NCBI GenBank assembly: GCA_951406725.2
Contig: OX597818.1
Location: 46,562,001 to 46,626,000 of the forward strand
Length of the DNA stretch: 64,000 bases
Source of the DNA: Octopus vulgaris
Lineage: Eukaryota
Reading direction: 5' to 3'
In this document: in pieces, positions 27,450-41,910 of the stretch
How positions within the stretch are numbered: the stretch's first letter is position 1
Layout: every line of letters begins with the position of its first letter
The notes under the pieces: generated by a model
The model's database searches: none
Seen by the model: the letters and a program-made list of their open reading frames with translations, nothing else
What the model was told of the DNA's origin: nothing
Made by a program: the position numbers and the translations under genes

Positions 27450-27480
<31 letters not shown>
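27213..27480. repeat. (CATA)n microsatellite
   Basis: Direct reading. Confidence 0.95.
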
Positions 27481-27482
<2 letters not shown>

Positions 27483-27484
27483 TC

Positions 27485-27641
27485 AGCGCGTCTGTGTGAT
27501 AAGAAGCTTGTTTCCCAACTACGTAATTCTGGGTTCAGTCCATCTGTGTAACACCTTGTGCAAGTGTCTTCTACTATAGCCTTGTGAGTGGATTTGGTAG
27601 ATAGAAACTGAAAGAAGCCCGTCGTATGTGTGTGTGTGTGC

Positions 27642-27723
<82 letters not shown>

Positions 27724-27937
27724 ATGTTTGTGTCTGTGTTTGTCACCCCCATCCTCGCTTGACAACTAATGTTAGTGTGTTTACGTCCCCGTAACTTAGT
27801 GGTTCGGCGAAGAGACTGATAGAATAAGTACCGGGCTTACAAAGAGTAAGTCCTAGGGTCGATTTCTTCGACTTAAAAAAAGGTAGTGCTTCAGCATGGC
27901 CACAGTCAAATGACTGAAACAAGTAAAAGAATAAAAG
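27485..27937 (+). mobile_element. SINE family B with internal (TG)n
   Basis: gggttcagtcc B box, ccttg(g/t)gcaagtg, gaagcccgtcgta, microsatellite, tail cagcatggccacagtcaaatgactgaaac. Confidence 0.85.
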
Positions 27938-29229
27938 ATACACATGCACATACATATGTGTGCCTATATATATACACGCGCACACACATATGTATATATG
28001 TATATGTGTTTACGACGCGCTTCACACAGTTTCCGTTTACCACATTCACTTGCAAGGCATTAGGTGGCCATGGGAGACACTAGCCCAAGATGCCGCGTCA
28101 TGGGACTGAACCCGAAACCACATAATTGCAAAGACATCGATTTAACCACACAGCCATACCTGCGCCTATATTGATAACTCTTTAATTATAGACAAAGTTA
28201 ATCCCGGTGAGATTTGAACTAAGTGCGAATAAACTAAATATTGGGAGGTATTCGGCCTGATGGTTCCGTTTCTGCCACTCCACTGCAATCTGTGTGCTAT
28301 GAAATAATTTTAAATAAACGAAGCGCAAAAATTACAAGATACATTTTTCATATTTATTTGTTTACTTGTGTCTAACGTTATATTTACATACGCGTACATA
28401 TTTTTGTAACTCCAACACATCTATATTTAAATGTATTTCAATAGATATATATTTTTTTGCGTATTGTCGGAAATATATATTCATACATATTTATAGCATT
28501 GTATGTACAACTGTGAATGCATATGTAGAAATGAATTTGAAAATAGATGTAAGTGTGCTTGTTAGACTATACGATAACGTGAGGCGAAACAGTCAAAGGA
28601 AAGATTTGAGATTATACATAAATAAATAAAGCTTCCCAGCAACATTGTTGAAAAAGCTCCAAACAGGCGTCTCTCGAATAGTTCGTGGTTTTATATTGCT
28701 ACGAACTATGTGTAAATTGCCCCCGGCTTCGGCAACACCCTGCGTATAACTTTTTCTCCGTTTGGCTACCAGACGTTCAGCAAGAAATAAATGGTTGAAT
28801 AGTATGTCTGGCAATAAAGTGTGTACAGAAGCAACCATTAATCTATGTGCTGTTGAAATATTATATGTGCAAGTATTGTTTTATAAATACACCCCACAAA
28901 TGTTATAACTAAACAGACCCATATGAAATAAAAAAGCAAGGAAAATAACCTTGTTTTAAAGATATCTTTAGATTAATACAGACATTATTTTCATTGACTG
29001 AAACATTAACATTCTGTTTTAGACACATCTCTATCAGTCGCTACGACAGTACAATTTATACTAGATTCAAATCCAAGCGAAGCACTCAGTTCGGTGGAGA
29101 CGTTAAGTTTTGTCCCTGACAAATAATTTGTGTAGATTAAGACTATTCTTTACGTTTCTGTTTTAACTGAATTCTTATTTTATTATAAGTTCAACAGTCT
29201 TATAACTTCAAGTATCAAACTTACTATGT

Positions 29230-29436
29230 AAGTACATACATACATACAAACGTACATACATACATACATACATACATACGTACGTACATACATATTATAC
29301 ATACAAACGTGCATACATACATACATACATACATACATACATACATACATACATACATACGTACGTACATACATACATACATACATACATACATACATAC
29401 ATACATACATACACACACGCATGCACGCATACATAC
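29230..29436. repeat. (CATA)n microsatellite
   Basis: Direct reading. Confidence 0.95.
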
Positions 29437-29579
29437 GAATCCCTCTAGTAACATTACTATCAATGACCCGGCTATGTCTCCGATGTTTGAAACGGGATGC
29501 CGCAGGTATTTAGGAATAGATGAAACCATTTCCTATGTCAGAAACTGTAACAGAAAGCGTATAACAAAGAAATAGGCAC

Positions 29580-31200
29580 CAGCATAAAGAAAATATGGTC
29601 CGCGGGACTTTCTACATGCAATAAATCGGCAGCTCACAGTGTGTTTGCAGTCCTAGTCCAATACCAACATTTGAGTTGACTGGATGCTAGATGATGAGAT
29701 CCAGGCCATTGATGTTAAACCGCCCCCACCGCCAATTGCTAATCCGTACCAAGAATTTTCACATCGGTAATGATGTAGACCGTTTTTACTTATAAACTAA
29801 AAGAAGGTGGTAAAGGCTTATCATCGAACCAAACAGCATGTAAATATTAGACCATATCCCTTCGACTACTATTAATCACCAAACGTCGAAGTCCTAGCAT
29901 GGATCAAGTCTGCATATGCGAATCTGATAATGAGAATTGGAAAGTTGCTTCTCAAAAAATATTCATTGAGAGATGACCAAGGATATACAACCAGAGAACT
30001 TGTACAATTCTATTGCAACAGGTCAGCACAAGAAGGGATGTATACTTATCGGCAAAAGGTCATGCATGGCTATATTCTTAGAGAACTTCAAAGTGCCAGC
30101 AACATTGACAACCAGAATAGCCTGTCGTGGACTATCAACCGAGATATTAGTTCTCACTTTGAAGGATGTGTTTTGCAATACAAGAGTTAGTGACAGCAAA
30201 AAATTCTCTGATGCACAAAAGGGAAAGGGATACAGGTAACCCACTTAGTTATGGCAAACAACGCAGTGTCTATGAAACTAATATTGAGGATGTTACCCAC
30301 ATCACTATCCACTTGTGAGGCATAAGAACGAGATTACAACACTTAATGATGAAATCTGTAAAAAAAGGAGATAAATATGAGAAGCTATAGGGATGTAGTT
30401 TGTTCCTTCTCGAGCCATGCCTGGTTCATCAGGGCCGGTTTCTCGGTTTCCTTGACGTATAGGTTCCCCACCTGGACGGGGCGCCGGTCCGTCGCAGGCG
30501 AGCTGCAAGGTGCAGGAGGAAAGAGTGAGAGAAAGTTGTGGCGAAAGAATCAGCAGAAGTTTGCCATTACCTTCTGCCGGAGCCGCGTGGAGCTTTGGTG
30601 TTTCGCTCATAAACACACACATCGCCTGGTCTGAGATTCGAACTCGCGATCCCTCGACCACGAGTCCGCTGCTCTAACCACTAGGCCATGTGCCTCCACA
30701 TAGGGATGCCGGAGCCGCGTGCAGCTTAGGTGTTTCGCTCATAAACACACACATCGCCCGGTCTGAGATTCGAACTCGCGAGTCCGCTGCTCTAACCACT
30801 AGGCCATGTGCCTTCACATAGGGATGTAGAGGATATAGCAAAACAACGTTAACGAATACTTGAGGAATGTTCCCATCAAGACTTCACTAAAAGACGAGCA
30901 CAAACTGAAGAAACATAGTAATCTAGGAGAGAGAAAAGGAATTATGCAGTGTAGTTGAAATTAGTTGCCTTGCAAATGTTAACATAATGTAAAACATTAG
31001 TGAAAAGCATCTATACCGAAATGATGAGAAATCTGCAGTAACACCATCCGGAATATAGCTTTAGATTTCTGCCAATAATTATTGGAGCGCTTGCCTCAGT
31101 ACCAATCTTGAAAAGCTGGAATTCACAAAACCAGAAAGAACACACCTAAGCAGACTACAACTACATGCTGTCATAGGTACTATCAAAGTATGTGAAACAT
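29580..31200 (+). mobile_element. Old, heavily decayed R4/Dong-like fragment interrupted by a SINE
   Basis: Degenerate motifs DVDRFY...GGKGL, SLSWT...SSHFEG, IIGALAS. Boundaries approximate. Confidence 0.6.
30399..30817 (-). mobile_element. tRNA-derived SINE family D with duplicated head
   Basis: TSD atagggatgtag at 30387-30398 and 30818-30829. Head repeated at 30709-30817. Confidence 0.88.
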
Positions 31201-31319
31201 TCATGTAGTTCGGTTTGTAATAAGATCCACGTATGCAGTGACAACTATGCCTGCGCCCTTATGTACATGAGCACATACATACCCGTATGCATACATGTGC
31301 GATTACATAAATGCACACT

Positions 31320-32687
<1,368 letters not shown>

Positions 32688-32699
32688 TTTTTTATATTT

Positions 32700-32984
32700 T
32701 TATTTATATTTCTAAAGAAGAATCTAAGAGACCTGCATGGGGTGGATGCAGATGTCTTTAAAATGAAACTGGATCTCTTCTTGTCAGGTATCCCAGATGA
32801 ACCAACTTCACGGCAGGAGGTGCAGATGAGGGCAGCTGCATCGAACTCTCTCATGCACCAAATGGCAGTTGCTAAAAAGCATTCGTGAAGTAAAACCATG
32901 GAGCAACACCAAATGGCGGTGCCCCAGCATGGCCACAGCTCATGAGCTGAAACTAGAATCAATCAATCAATCAATCAATCAATC
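32700..32984 (+). mobile_element. 3' end of a CR1-clade LINE
   Basis: [29 protein letters not shown]...RAAASNSL. 3' stem-loop cagctcatgagctg and (AATC)n tail. Confidence 0.85.
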
Positions 32985-33254
32985 ATAGATAGATAGATAT
33001 GTATGTATGTATGTATGTATGTATTGAATCATACAGGTATGAAAACTTACATTCAGGCGAGTTGTGTTCTTGAGCAAAATCTTTCATTTCACGTTATTCC
33101 AGTCTTCCTTTCGATTAGGGTGGAGGGCGAATATTGAGGGCGCATTGTGACCGGCGATGTGTTGGAACATCTGATAATCTTGTCGGTTACGTGATGACGT
33201 GATATACACACCCACACTCACACACACACACACACACACCCATAGGTTATGTAC

Positions 33255-34525
33255 CTATTTCCTCTTTCCATCAGTTCAAATTTTAAGGAATAATTCTAAT
33301 ATACCTATTATTACATGGATACATTTTACCTGCACTTTCCATATCCTCAGTAACTCAATCGCTATGTCCTTTCTCTAAACCTCTCATATTGACTTTCTCA
33401 TCATTTGAGACTGCAAAATCAATTATCTGACACTTTCTCTTCTCTTTATTTACTACCACTAAATCAGGCCATCTAGCTTCTATTATTCTCTCAGTCTAAA
33501 TGTTAAAATTCCACAACATCTTATATTTCTTACTTTCTAGCACTTTACTAGGTTCATGTTCATACCACATATCAGTATGGTCAAGTCCCATCTTTCTAAA
33601 TAACTCCCAGCGAATTACTCTCCCTAGGTTGTCATTTTTTTCTTGTATTCTTTCTGTGCCTCCATACCACATTCACTAATCATATGAGCAGCTCTTTCTT
33701 CCTTTGATTTACATGACCTACATTGGGAATCTAACTCGTTTCTATTTTGGCTTTTAACCTGTTAATTCTCAATGCCTGATCTTGTGCTGCTACTATCAAA
33801 TTTCCTGTCTCCATTATCGGCCTTTCTTTCTACATCCACAACTATGCCTCATTATCCTTTTCTACAACTATCTTTGTAAATCTACCATACACAGCCTTCT
33901 TTTGCTAGACAGATAATCTTACTTCTTTTTTTTTTGTGGTTTTTAACTATATTTGGCTTTTTGGTTTCCCTATCTCCTACTGTTACACTGGCAGCTCTTA
34001 ATAAAATTTCCTCGCTATTACCTACATATCTACTATATCTACTCTAGCTAACTCCACACTGACTCCTAATGGTATTAAACATCTACCACCTTCGTTTCTA
34101 GGTAAACATAATCTTGCTGCTGCCGGTGTAGGATGAAGTCCTCCATTCATATTGAATTCTTTTGTAGTTCTTCTGTCTAGATTTACTAATTTAGATTTTG
34201 TCAAATTTACAAAAGCTGCTGAATATCTAAGTAACGACAGTGCCCAAGTATTTCCAGCCTACACTAGATTCAGACCATTTAGCTTTGACTTCATTAACTT
34301 CCTTAGCCTTCTGATGCACTCCTCTATTTTCTCTTTCATTTCTATAGTTTAGTACTCTGTTATATTCGAATACTCCTTGATGCATATAGCTTCCTCCTTC
34401 TTTCAGTAATTTTAATGTCTGGCCATCTGGTAACTGAATGCTTTCATTGATGACTACTTGTTCCTTTTTCATGATTAATATTGCGCAGTTATCTATGCCA
34501 AATTCCATACCTATTAGTGGCGAGC
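33255..34525 (-). mobile_element. Decayed R4/Dong-like RT/RLE fragment
   Basis: Minus-strand motifs IGMEFGIDNCAIL, LHPTPAAARLCLPRNEGGRCLI, AAQDQALR, C..C...EESCSYD, PDLVVVNKE. Confidence 0.8.
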
Positions 34526-36094
34526 TGACAGAGCTAGTCAAAATGCTTAGCAGCATTTCGTCCATCATAATGTTCTGCGTTCAAATTCCGCCCAGGAAAC
34601 TTTTCGGAGTCGATAAAATAAGTACCACTTGGGGTTGATATAATCAACTTAGCCCATCCCCACCGAAATTGCCGGCCTTATACCAAAATTTGAAATCATT
34701 ATTATTATTAAACAAGCTTTGTTGAGAATTATAAGGATAAGAAGTTATATAAATTCTAAAAAGAAGTACTGAAAAGACTAAATAATTGAAAACAACCTTT
34801 ATGCCACATTGAATTAAATTTCTTTCCGTTGGAAACCGAACAGGAGACAAAAGGGTGTAAATAAACGCAAAAGAGGTTTATACAGTTTCAAATTTCGCAA
34901 ACTACAGGAAATGATGGCTCAGAAAATTATAAGGGCTGAGAGGAATTAAAGTATTTTAAAACGTTATCGCACGCGATGTTCATATAGACCCTCGATTGAT
35001 AAATCTAAATTCTCTTGAATGCTTTAATCACAAATGATTAACACTAACTAAAATGAATTCAAAACTCATTTTAAATCGACTGAGATGGGTTAAGAGGGGT
35101 TTTTTTCTTAGCTTTAAAATACCGTAACAGAAAAATAAATATTATTTAAAGATGTAAATGCTTTAAAGAAGACCTTTAAGCAATTGAGGGTGATACAATG
35201 CAGGTGATACAATAGCTTGCTTGAGTCTTTATTTATTGGCATCACCTTACATATTTTACCAAACTTCTCAGCTGCATTCCTGAAAGGTCACCTTTAAAAT
35301 ATTTATACCATTTACACATTGAGATGCTTCAAGCAAATTACAGTACTTCTTTTAAATGTTGTTTATTTTATAAAAGGAAACCTGGAAAAAAATTTTGAAA
35401 TGTTACGGCCTCTTTTGTTCAAATTTCAAATTTATGGATTTTCTCATGACAAAAATATTAAGTTATATAGTTTACAAAGTTTCCGTGTATTGAAGAAAAA
35501 CCAAAACAAAAAGAAACAGAAAGTAAAGAAAAGTTTACATATCACACTACCCTTGAACGTGCTTTAATTCGTGTAGTAATCTATTCAAAGCAAAACACGA
35601 CAAGGTCACAATATAAAAAGAAAAATGATGCGTTGAGAATCCCGCTTGTGATTAATGAAAAAAACGTCTTGCAAGCACGCGTACGCACTCATACACACAG
35701 ACAAACGAACACACACACAGAACGTGCAAGGACTATTTTATTCATAACATTTCATGAATATTGTTTTCATTGCTGTTAGACTGAACATAAGTATACATAC
35801 ACAGAAACTTGTTCCTGCATGAGGCGACCAGCTGGCAGAATCATTAGAGCGTCGGAAAAAAGTACGTGAGGCAAACGAACTGATGCTTTCTGAGCCAACG
35901 ATGGATCCTCTACGTAGACAGTCTGCACGCCAGAAATAGCAACAAATTTCTTTCTAATCACATCTCATAGTTTTGAATAGGGGAGAAAAGAGCACATTGG
36001 ATAATGGAGTCATAAATTTACAAAAAGCAAGATAGCCATAGCTGAAAGGTCATTTGAATCAGGGGTGACAGGGAATTAAACAAGGTGTGTGTAT

Positions 36095-36130
<36 letters not shown>

Positions 36131-36359
36131 GCGGCGAGCTGGCAGAAACGTTAGCACGCCGGGCGAAATGCGTTGCCATATTTCGTCTGCCGTTACGTTC
36201 CGAGTTCAAATTCCGCCGAGGTCGATTTGCCTTTCATCCTTCCGGGGTCGATAAATTAAGTACCAGTTACGCACTGGGGTCGATGTAATCGACTTAATCC
36301 GTTTGTCTGTCCTTGTCTGTCTCTTCTGTGTTTAGCCCCTTTGTGGGTAGTAAAGAAAT
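36131..36359 (+). mobile_element. SINE family A
   Basis: Near-consensus full copy. Confidence 0.88.
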
Positions 36360-36551
36360 ATATATATATATAGTACCATTCCGAAATATAACAATATATA
36401 TATATATATATATATATTAGTATCAGTTCCTCCTGTGTTCTCGAACACATTGGCCAGCAAATTGATGTTACTTGTTTTTGGCTGCAGTTTTTTCTGCAGC
36501 CGGCCATATTATATTGGCTTCTGTCATGTCGATTATGAATATACTGTACCA

Positions 36552-36958
36552 TGTAGGAGTCGCTGTGTGGTAAGTAGCTTGCTTACCAATCACATGGTTC
36601 CGGGTTCAGTCCCACTGCGTGGCACCTTGGGCAAGTGTCTTCTACTATAGCCTCGGGCCGACCAAAGCCTTGTGAGTGGATTTGGTAGACGGAAACTGAA
36701 AGAAGCCCGTCGTATATATGTATATATACATATATATATATGTATGTATGTATGTGTGTGTATGTTTGTGTGTCTGTGTTTGTGCCCCCAACATCGCTTG
36801 ACAGCCGATGCTGGTGTGTTTACATCGCCGTAACTTAGCGGCTCGGCAAAAGAAACCGATAGAATAAGTACTAGGCTTACAAAGAATAAGTCCTGGTGTC
36901 GATTTGCTCAGCTAAATGCCACAGTCACATGACTGAAACAAGTAAAAGAGTAAGAGAG
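36552..36958 (+). mobile_element. SINE family B
   Basis: Near-consensus full copy. Confidence 0.88.
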
Positions 36959-37087
36959 TATGTAGTTTTCGGTCCACGTCTTTTTCTTTTTCCCTTCAAT
37001 GGTGTCCATTTGAAAGCCGTTTTAGAATGATGTTGTTCTGCAACCGCAGCATGTGTGACCTGCTAGTTTTTATTTGCTCTGTGATAA

Positions 37088-37303
37088 GGCAGCGAACTGG
37101 CTGAATCGTTAGCAATCCGGGCAAAATGTTTCGCGGCATTTCGTCCGTCTCAACGTTCTTAAGTTCAAATTCCGCCGAGGTTGACTTTACCTTTCATCCT
37201 TTCAGGGGCGGTGAAATAAAGACCAATTGAGCGGTCGGGTCGATTAATCGACTTACCTCTGTCCCCCAAATTGCTGGCCCTTTGTCAAAATTTAAAACCA
37301 ATA
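37088..37303 (+). mobile_element. SINE family A with 12-bp TSD
   Basis: Head and body present; TSD ttg(c/t)tctgtgat. Confidence 0.82.
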
Positions 37304-37624
37304 GTTGTTCTGTGATGATTTAATTTCGCTGAGTAGTCTTCAGTTCGCTTTCTTGAAAATGCTTTCATTGGTTATGTAGCCTTGCAAGTACGTTCTCGGA
37401 ATGCTTCTCGAGTACCTTTTGTGGAACACTAGTTTTCCGTAGATTTTCACAATGTCTGTGTGTATTGTGTGTGTGTAAGTACGTGTATACGCGCATGTGT
37501 GTATAAAAATAGAGCAATAATTCAATCAAATCATGTACGATATTCAGCTATAATATTGTCAATTGTACAAACCTCTATATCAACTGTAGTCCCAACATAA
37601 CTTGTGTAACCACAAATACCCGTG

Positions 37625-37709
37625 TTTAGAAACCATCTGCGCTTAGAAACCATCTGCGTTTAGAAACCATCTGCGTTTAGAAATCATTTGCTTTTAGAAA
37701 CCATCTGTG
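37625..37709. repeat. 17-bp minisatellite x5
   Basis: Unit tttagaaaccatctgcg. Confidence 0.9.
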
Positions 37710-37837
37710 AACTTTATAATGCTCAATGTCAAGTTGCACACTTTGAGGCGAATGCTCAGAAACTCTATTGTGTGGTCTGTGAAAAGAGGTCTTGCAAGCA
37801 GGCATGCATATGCACATTCAAACGTGCACACACACAC

Positions 37838-37903
<66 letters not shown>

Positions 37904-38364
37904 ACACACACATACATATACATATACATACACACACACTCAAATGCATGCAGCATACAAGGCATATTATTTCCGTAACTTGTCGTGAATATCGTTTTCC
38001 TTGTTGCAAGACTAAACATATGCAGATACACAAACTTATTCCTTCAAAGAGCAACATGCCGGCAGAATCATTAGGACGTCGGGGAGGGGGAGGGGGAATC
38101 GCTGCGGTTTCACTTCCGATCTTTTGTGGTCTGGGTTCACTGCCGAGGTTAACTTTGCCTTTCAAAATAAAGTACCAATCAAGTACTGACATTGATGTAA
38201 TCGACTAATCCCCTTTCTGCTGACCAAAATTAGAAACAAATATTAGTAGCAATTAGATGTTGTTTTCTGTTTAATTATCGAGTTTCATGTTCTATCAACA
38301 ATCTGTCGTATTTTCATTTTCTACACTCTCACTAAAATTGTATAAAATCTAGTCTCTCTTATTA

Positions 38365-38930
38365 ATTATATTATATTATATTACATTATATTATATCATA
38401 TCATATTATATTATATGATATTATATTATATTATACTATATTACATTACATTATATACTATATTATATAATATCATATATCACATTATGTCATAATATAT
38501 TACATTATGATATATCATATATTATATTACATTATATTATATCATATATTGTATTACATTATATTATATTCTGTTATATTCTGTTATATTATATTACATT
38601 ATATTATATCATATAATATTGCATTATATTATTTTATATTAGATTATACTATTTTACATTATATAATATCATATATTATATTGAATGATATTATATTATG
38701 TTATATTATATTATATTATGTTATATTATATTATATAATATCATATTATATTATATTATAGTACATTATATTATATTATGTCATATCACATTATATTACA
38801 TTATATCATAATATGATATAATATAATATGATATACATTATATCATATTATATTATATTACATTATACTATATTGTACTACATTATATTACATCATATCA
38901 TATTATATTATATTACATCATATCATAATA
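38365..38930. repeat. Degenerate (ATATT)n pentanucleotide array
   Basis: Direct reading. Confidence 0.9.
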
Positions 38931-38932
38931 TA

Positions 38933-39822
38933 TTGTTTTGAGTCGAAAGTTTTGCATTATTTTGGTAACATATTTGCTTTATTCGTCAAGTTACAACAAA
39001 TGTAGCACAACCTTCAAAGTAGAGGTCATCGTGTTGCACTTTTTGAAGCCACCTTTCTGCCAGTTCTTTGATCCTACGCTGGTAACAGTTCTTGTCCTTC
39101 AAGGCGAAAAACTTCACTGAAGCTTCCACCTCGTCTTCATTGACGAAGTGTCGTGAGCGCTGGAAATGAACCATGGATCGGAACAAGCAATAAATCCATG
39201 GCAGATATTTTTCTGCAATCCTAACGTGCATAAACAGTGGTTAAGCAAGGGTCGGCTTCCAGAGTCTGTCACAAAACATGGACATTTCGAACACAAGGTG
39301 ATGCTCTGCGTCTGGTGGAATTATGAGGGGATAATTCTCGACGAGTTCGTTCCGGACGGTCAAACCATCGATACTAACTTGTATTCAGAACGGCTTGCGC
39401 AGCAAGAATACCAGGCATTTTTAAAGAAAATGCGAGCTCTTTTGCAGCAAGACAACGCAAGACCCCATACCCCTTGAATGACCTGGAATAAACTAGCAGC
39501 TCGAGGGAATCAAACTGATGCCACACCCAGCATATAGTCCGAATCTGGATCCCTCGGATTATTACTTTTCCGATCTATGGCACACGCCCTACGCTCGCAA
39601 CGCTGTATCAATCATGAAAAGGTGGAAGCTTCAGTGAAGGACATCTTCGCCTCTACCATCAAAAGCTGGTATCAGCGTGGGATAAAAAAAACTGGCAGAA
39701 ACATGGCTTCAGACGGTGCAACTCGATGATCTCTGCTTTGAATGCTCGGCTGCTTTTGTTATAACTTGACGAATAAAGCAAATAGGTTACCAAAATATTG
39801 CAAAACTTTTGACTCAACACAA
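38933..39822 (+). mobile_element. Mariner derivative with ~270 bp inverted arms (fold-back)
   Basis: TA-flanked TIRs. Plus-strand transposase KVMLCVWWNYEG...QQDNARPH...HPAYSPNLDPSDYY. 38933-39203 is an inverted copy of the 3' end (39553-39822). Confidence 0.88.
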
Positions 39823-40462
39823 TATTATATCATATTACATATAAAGTGACTGCAACAGCGCCATGAAGGCATTTTAATAATCACATATATAGACGGGTAG
39901 GACTGACATGTTCAGAATACCCATCCCTCGCAGTTCTATGTAACTATAATTGCTACCTGCCAATTATTTAAACCTTGTGTTTTGCACATCTTAGATGGCT
40001 AATAGTGGGTCTATTTTAATAACCAAGAATCATTATGTCGAAATTCTGGTTACGCCTATGGTAATTGATATCAAAGAATATCAGTTAATTGATTTTTAAA
40101 AAGCTTTGGGTATCTGATTTCTGTTTCTACATATTGGTATTTTCTATTAAATTTTCATTAAAAATACGGTTTCTGTGGAGCAAACCTAATGTTGTTACCA
40201 GTGACATCAGTAAAGCTGTTTGTCACAATGAGAAACATGTGACAAAATTGCTCACCTATGGACATGTGTTTTGAATCACTTAGATTAGAAGTTTCCTCTC
40301 ATACAACTCTATTGTCTCCAGCACAAACTCTGGTATACCTGCGGATTCCGTAGAATATTTACACCATCTCTGCAATAGTAAAACACTGTAGTCAGAAAAA
40401 AACTACTAAAATATCAATGTCAACAAATAACTAAAGCGATAAGATGAGAACATATTTAGAAG

Positions 40463-40860
40463 ACGGCGAGCTGGCAGAATCCTTAGCACGCCGGGCAAAA
40501 TGCTTATTGGCATTTCGTCTGCTGCTACGTTCTGAGATCAAATTCCCCCGAGATCAACTTTGCCTTTCATCTTTTCGGGGTCGATTAAATAAGTACCAGT
40601 TACGCACTGGGGTCGATATAATCGACTTACTCCGTTTGTCTGTCCTTGTTTGTCCCTTCTGTGTTTAGCCCCTTGTGGGTAGTAAAGAAATAGGCATTTC
40701 GTCCGTCCTTGCGTTCTGAGTCCAAATTCTGACGAGGTCGACTTTGCCTTCTATCATTTCGGGTCGATAAAATAAGTACCAGTTGAGCATTGGAGTCGAT
40801 ATAATCGACTTGCCCCCATCCCCGAAATTGCTGGCCTTGTGTCAAAAATCTGAAGCCAAT
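40463..40860 (+). mobile_element. SINE family A dimer (long-tail unit plus short-tail unit)
   Basis: Junction aaagaaataggcatttcgtc near 40692. Confidence 0.85.
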
Positions 40861-41329
40861 ATTTTTATCTTTCTTACGATAAGGTTAGTCTTTCCTTCTT
40901 CGCGGTATAATATTTATTCTACTGTTTGAAGTATTTCTATTACACATTAATGACTTTCGGCCTTTGAACTAGGAAGCTACTTAGTACTTAATGTACATAC
41001 TTTTAATCCTCTTTACATTATCAAATCTTGTCCTAAACGCTTCCTTCTCCTTTCTTTCCTTAGAACTAAAACATCTGGAAACTGCTTTCTCCCGTGATTT
41101 CCCTGAATCAATCTGTTGAAATTGAAAACGAACCACATCGAATTTCCTAGTCAAATAGAGTATGGAAATGTCATAGACAACATTATATACCCTCCTCTAC
41201 CATATCAAATAAATATAATATTTCTCATCTTTTCATATCTACATGTTCAAATCATTCCCAATATACTGTAATTTTGGGCGTAATTGATGTGACAGAAACA
41301 TCATTTTACATTTTTATATGTTTTTAATT

Positions 41330-41750
41330 TCTTTTTCTGCCTTTAACCCTCCAACGCGGAGTATAGGCCACTTATAATTGAATTCCATGTCACATAATTT
41401 TTCACTTCTGTACTTATACTCTGCCATGAATGTCCCCCTTTCTCTAGTTCCTTTTGTGTTGATCTACGCCACGAGTTCTTAGGCCTATCTTTCTTTTTAT
41501 ATCCATCCGGATTCCACTGTAAAGCACTTTTCGCTACATTTGGTGTGTCTTTTCTAATTGTGCTACCAATCCACTTCCACTTTATCTTAAATATTTGCTC
41601 CCTAATCGAAACTTGATTTGTTCTTTACCCTAGCTCCATATTGCTTATGTGTTCGGACCATCTAATTTTGAGTATACTACGCAAACATCTGTTGATGAAT
41701 GATTGTATTTGCTTATTTGACTTAACTGTCGTTCGCCATATCTCAGCACC
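41330..41750 (-). mobile_element. RTE-clade LINE 3' fragment
   Basis: GAEIWRTT...IQSFINRCLRSILKIRWSEHISN...KWKWIG...ALQWNPDG. Confidence 0.85.
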
Positions 41751-41910
41751 TTTTTTTTTTTTTCAACAATGTATTAAAAACATTTCCACTTTGTAATTGT
41801 TCATTTCTTTGCTAATATTTGCACACTTTACTGGAAAATGTGTAAATATTAGCAAAGAAATGGACAATAACAAATTGGAAATGTTTTTAATACATTGTTT
41901 TAAAAAAAGG
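41749..41910. repeat. AT-rich inverted repeat (~70-bp arms, short loop)
   Basis: aacaatgtattaaaaacatttcca...gctaatatttgcaca / tgtgtaaatattagc...tggaaatgtttttaatacattgtt. Confidence 0.9.

Larger units (their letters stand above)
36423..37445 (-). mobile_element. Decayed RTE 3' region with two nested SINEs
   Basis: Minus-strand FHKRYSRSIPRTYLQGYITNESIFKKAN / ITEQIKT...HMLR. SINE TSD ttg(c/t)tctgtgat at 37074-37085 and 37304-37315. Confidence 0.65.

Noticed and set aside
30405-30440. Minus-strand CTGATGA-accaggcatggctc-GAGA resembling a hammerhead core
   Set aside because: GAAA and stems I/III are absent and sister copies read CTAATGA or CCATGA. It is better explained as the SINE 3' stem-loop.
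37625-37709. Short direct repeats as a CRISPR-like array
   Set aside because: No spacers; a simple 17-bp tandem repeat in eukaryotic DNA.
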